From an uncultured Pirellulales bacterium (GTDB taxonomy: Bacteria > Planctomycetota > Phycisphaerae > Sedimentisphaerales > Anaerobacaceae), in the NCBI GenBank assembly GCA_964439135.1, contig CAYTNN010000001.1:3252-67251 (forward strand): DNA of 64,000 nucleotides. The letters run 5' to 3'. Shown piece after piece: positions 63,564 to 64,000 of this stretch. Under the pieces are notes generated by a model, which saw nothing but the letters and a program-made list of their open reading frames with translations, searched no databases and had not been told where the DNA came from. The translations under genes were made by a program, and so were the position numbers. How positions within the stretch are numbered: position 1 is the first letter of the stretch; each line of letters opens with the position of its first letter.

Positions 63564-63742
63564 TGAAAAGAAGACGGTTAGAAAAAAGACTCAGGATTGC
63601 CGGCTGTTTTTTGAAAAGAGAAGGCTCATCACATTCGCTTTGGATAAATCCAAAAACAGGAATTATAGAGGCCGTACCCCGCCACACCGAAATTAAAGAA
63701 CCTCTGGCCCAAAAAATCTTAAAAAGCCTGAATGCTGAATAA
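63563..63742 (+). CDS. hicA: HicA-family mRNA interferase toxin
   Basis: Not in the ORF track (59 aa). My translation from ATG 63563 (TAATG overlap with the hicB stop) is MKRRRLEKRLRIAGCFLKREGSSHSLWINPKTGIIEAVPRHTEIKEPLAQKILKSLNAE. GSxH...vP.H.ei is the HicA pattern. Confidence 0.7.
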   Translation: MKRRRLEKRLRIAGCFLKREGSSHSLWINPKTGIIEAVPRHTEIKEPLAQKILKSLNAE

Positions 63743-64000
63743 AAGTCTTTTTGAATCGAGGGTTAGGAAAGAATGATTATTTAACTCCCCAAATATTATA
63801 TGGTTTTTTGAGACGCCGATTTTCGATAAAAGATAAATTCATTAAAACATATTCGAATCTGAGCGAGCAAAAAAACAAATTCAACATAACAAGATAAAAA
63901 TGGCGGGACAAGCCCTACCTCACCGCTACCCGCTGATTTTTTAATGCTTTGTAACAACAGAATTGCCTGCTATATTTGACATATGGCGTGGTTTAGCTAT

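Overview
By gene content this is probably a chromosomal segment from a PVC-superphylum bacterium (Planctomycetota/Phycisphaerae- or Kiritimatiellota-like). That inference rests on the Cys-type sulfatase, PF12831-like FAD oxidoreductase, PEP-CTERM protein, dockerin-like repeats and pectate lyase.

- **Flanks.** 1-11.9 kb and 48-64 kb look like ordinary host genes. They include a sugar-binding lipoprotein, an AI-2E transporter, a pectate lyase, cysK, two M14 peptidase paralogs, an MscS channel, aspS, a heme-sensor histidine kinase, an S9 peptidase and hicAB.
- **Centre (about 11.9-48.0 kb).** This is a mosaic prophage-like element.
  - An intact short-tailed-phage structural operon runs on the minus strand: portal, scaffold, DUF5309/SU10-type capsid, then about 12 virion or tail proteins.
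  - Early and replication genes are on the plus strand: a double-HTH regulator, an ABC-ATPase/GNAT/ParB-like trio, a DUF1376 protein, DnaB, a Myb-like protein and a TerS-like protein.
  - A large terminase sits at 46.5-48.0 kb.
  - These modules are interleaved with three blocks of host-like cargo. The blocks carry a glycoside hydrolase, a PfkB kinase, an AbiE-like pair, a nitroreductase, a dockerin-chagasin protein, a sulfatase, a 1114-aa FAD protein and an Fe-S protein.
  - I could not recognise an integrase, repressor, endolysin or att sites.
- **Most notable signals.**
  - A tightly coupled ABC-ATPase/GNAT/ParB-like operon in the phage early region.
  - A roughly 155-bp regulatory element with a 42-bp identical core. 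It is present twice, in inverted orientation, upstream of the structural operon and of the DnaB operon.
  - An AbiEii-like nucleotidyltransferase with an atypical partner and two palindromic operators.
  - A family of three long-loop GGAGG-rich hairpins around cysK.
  - An MscS-ParB domain fusion.

All family assignments come from motif recognition by eye. No searches were run.
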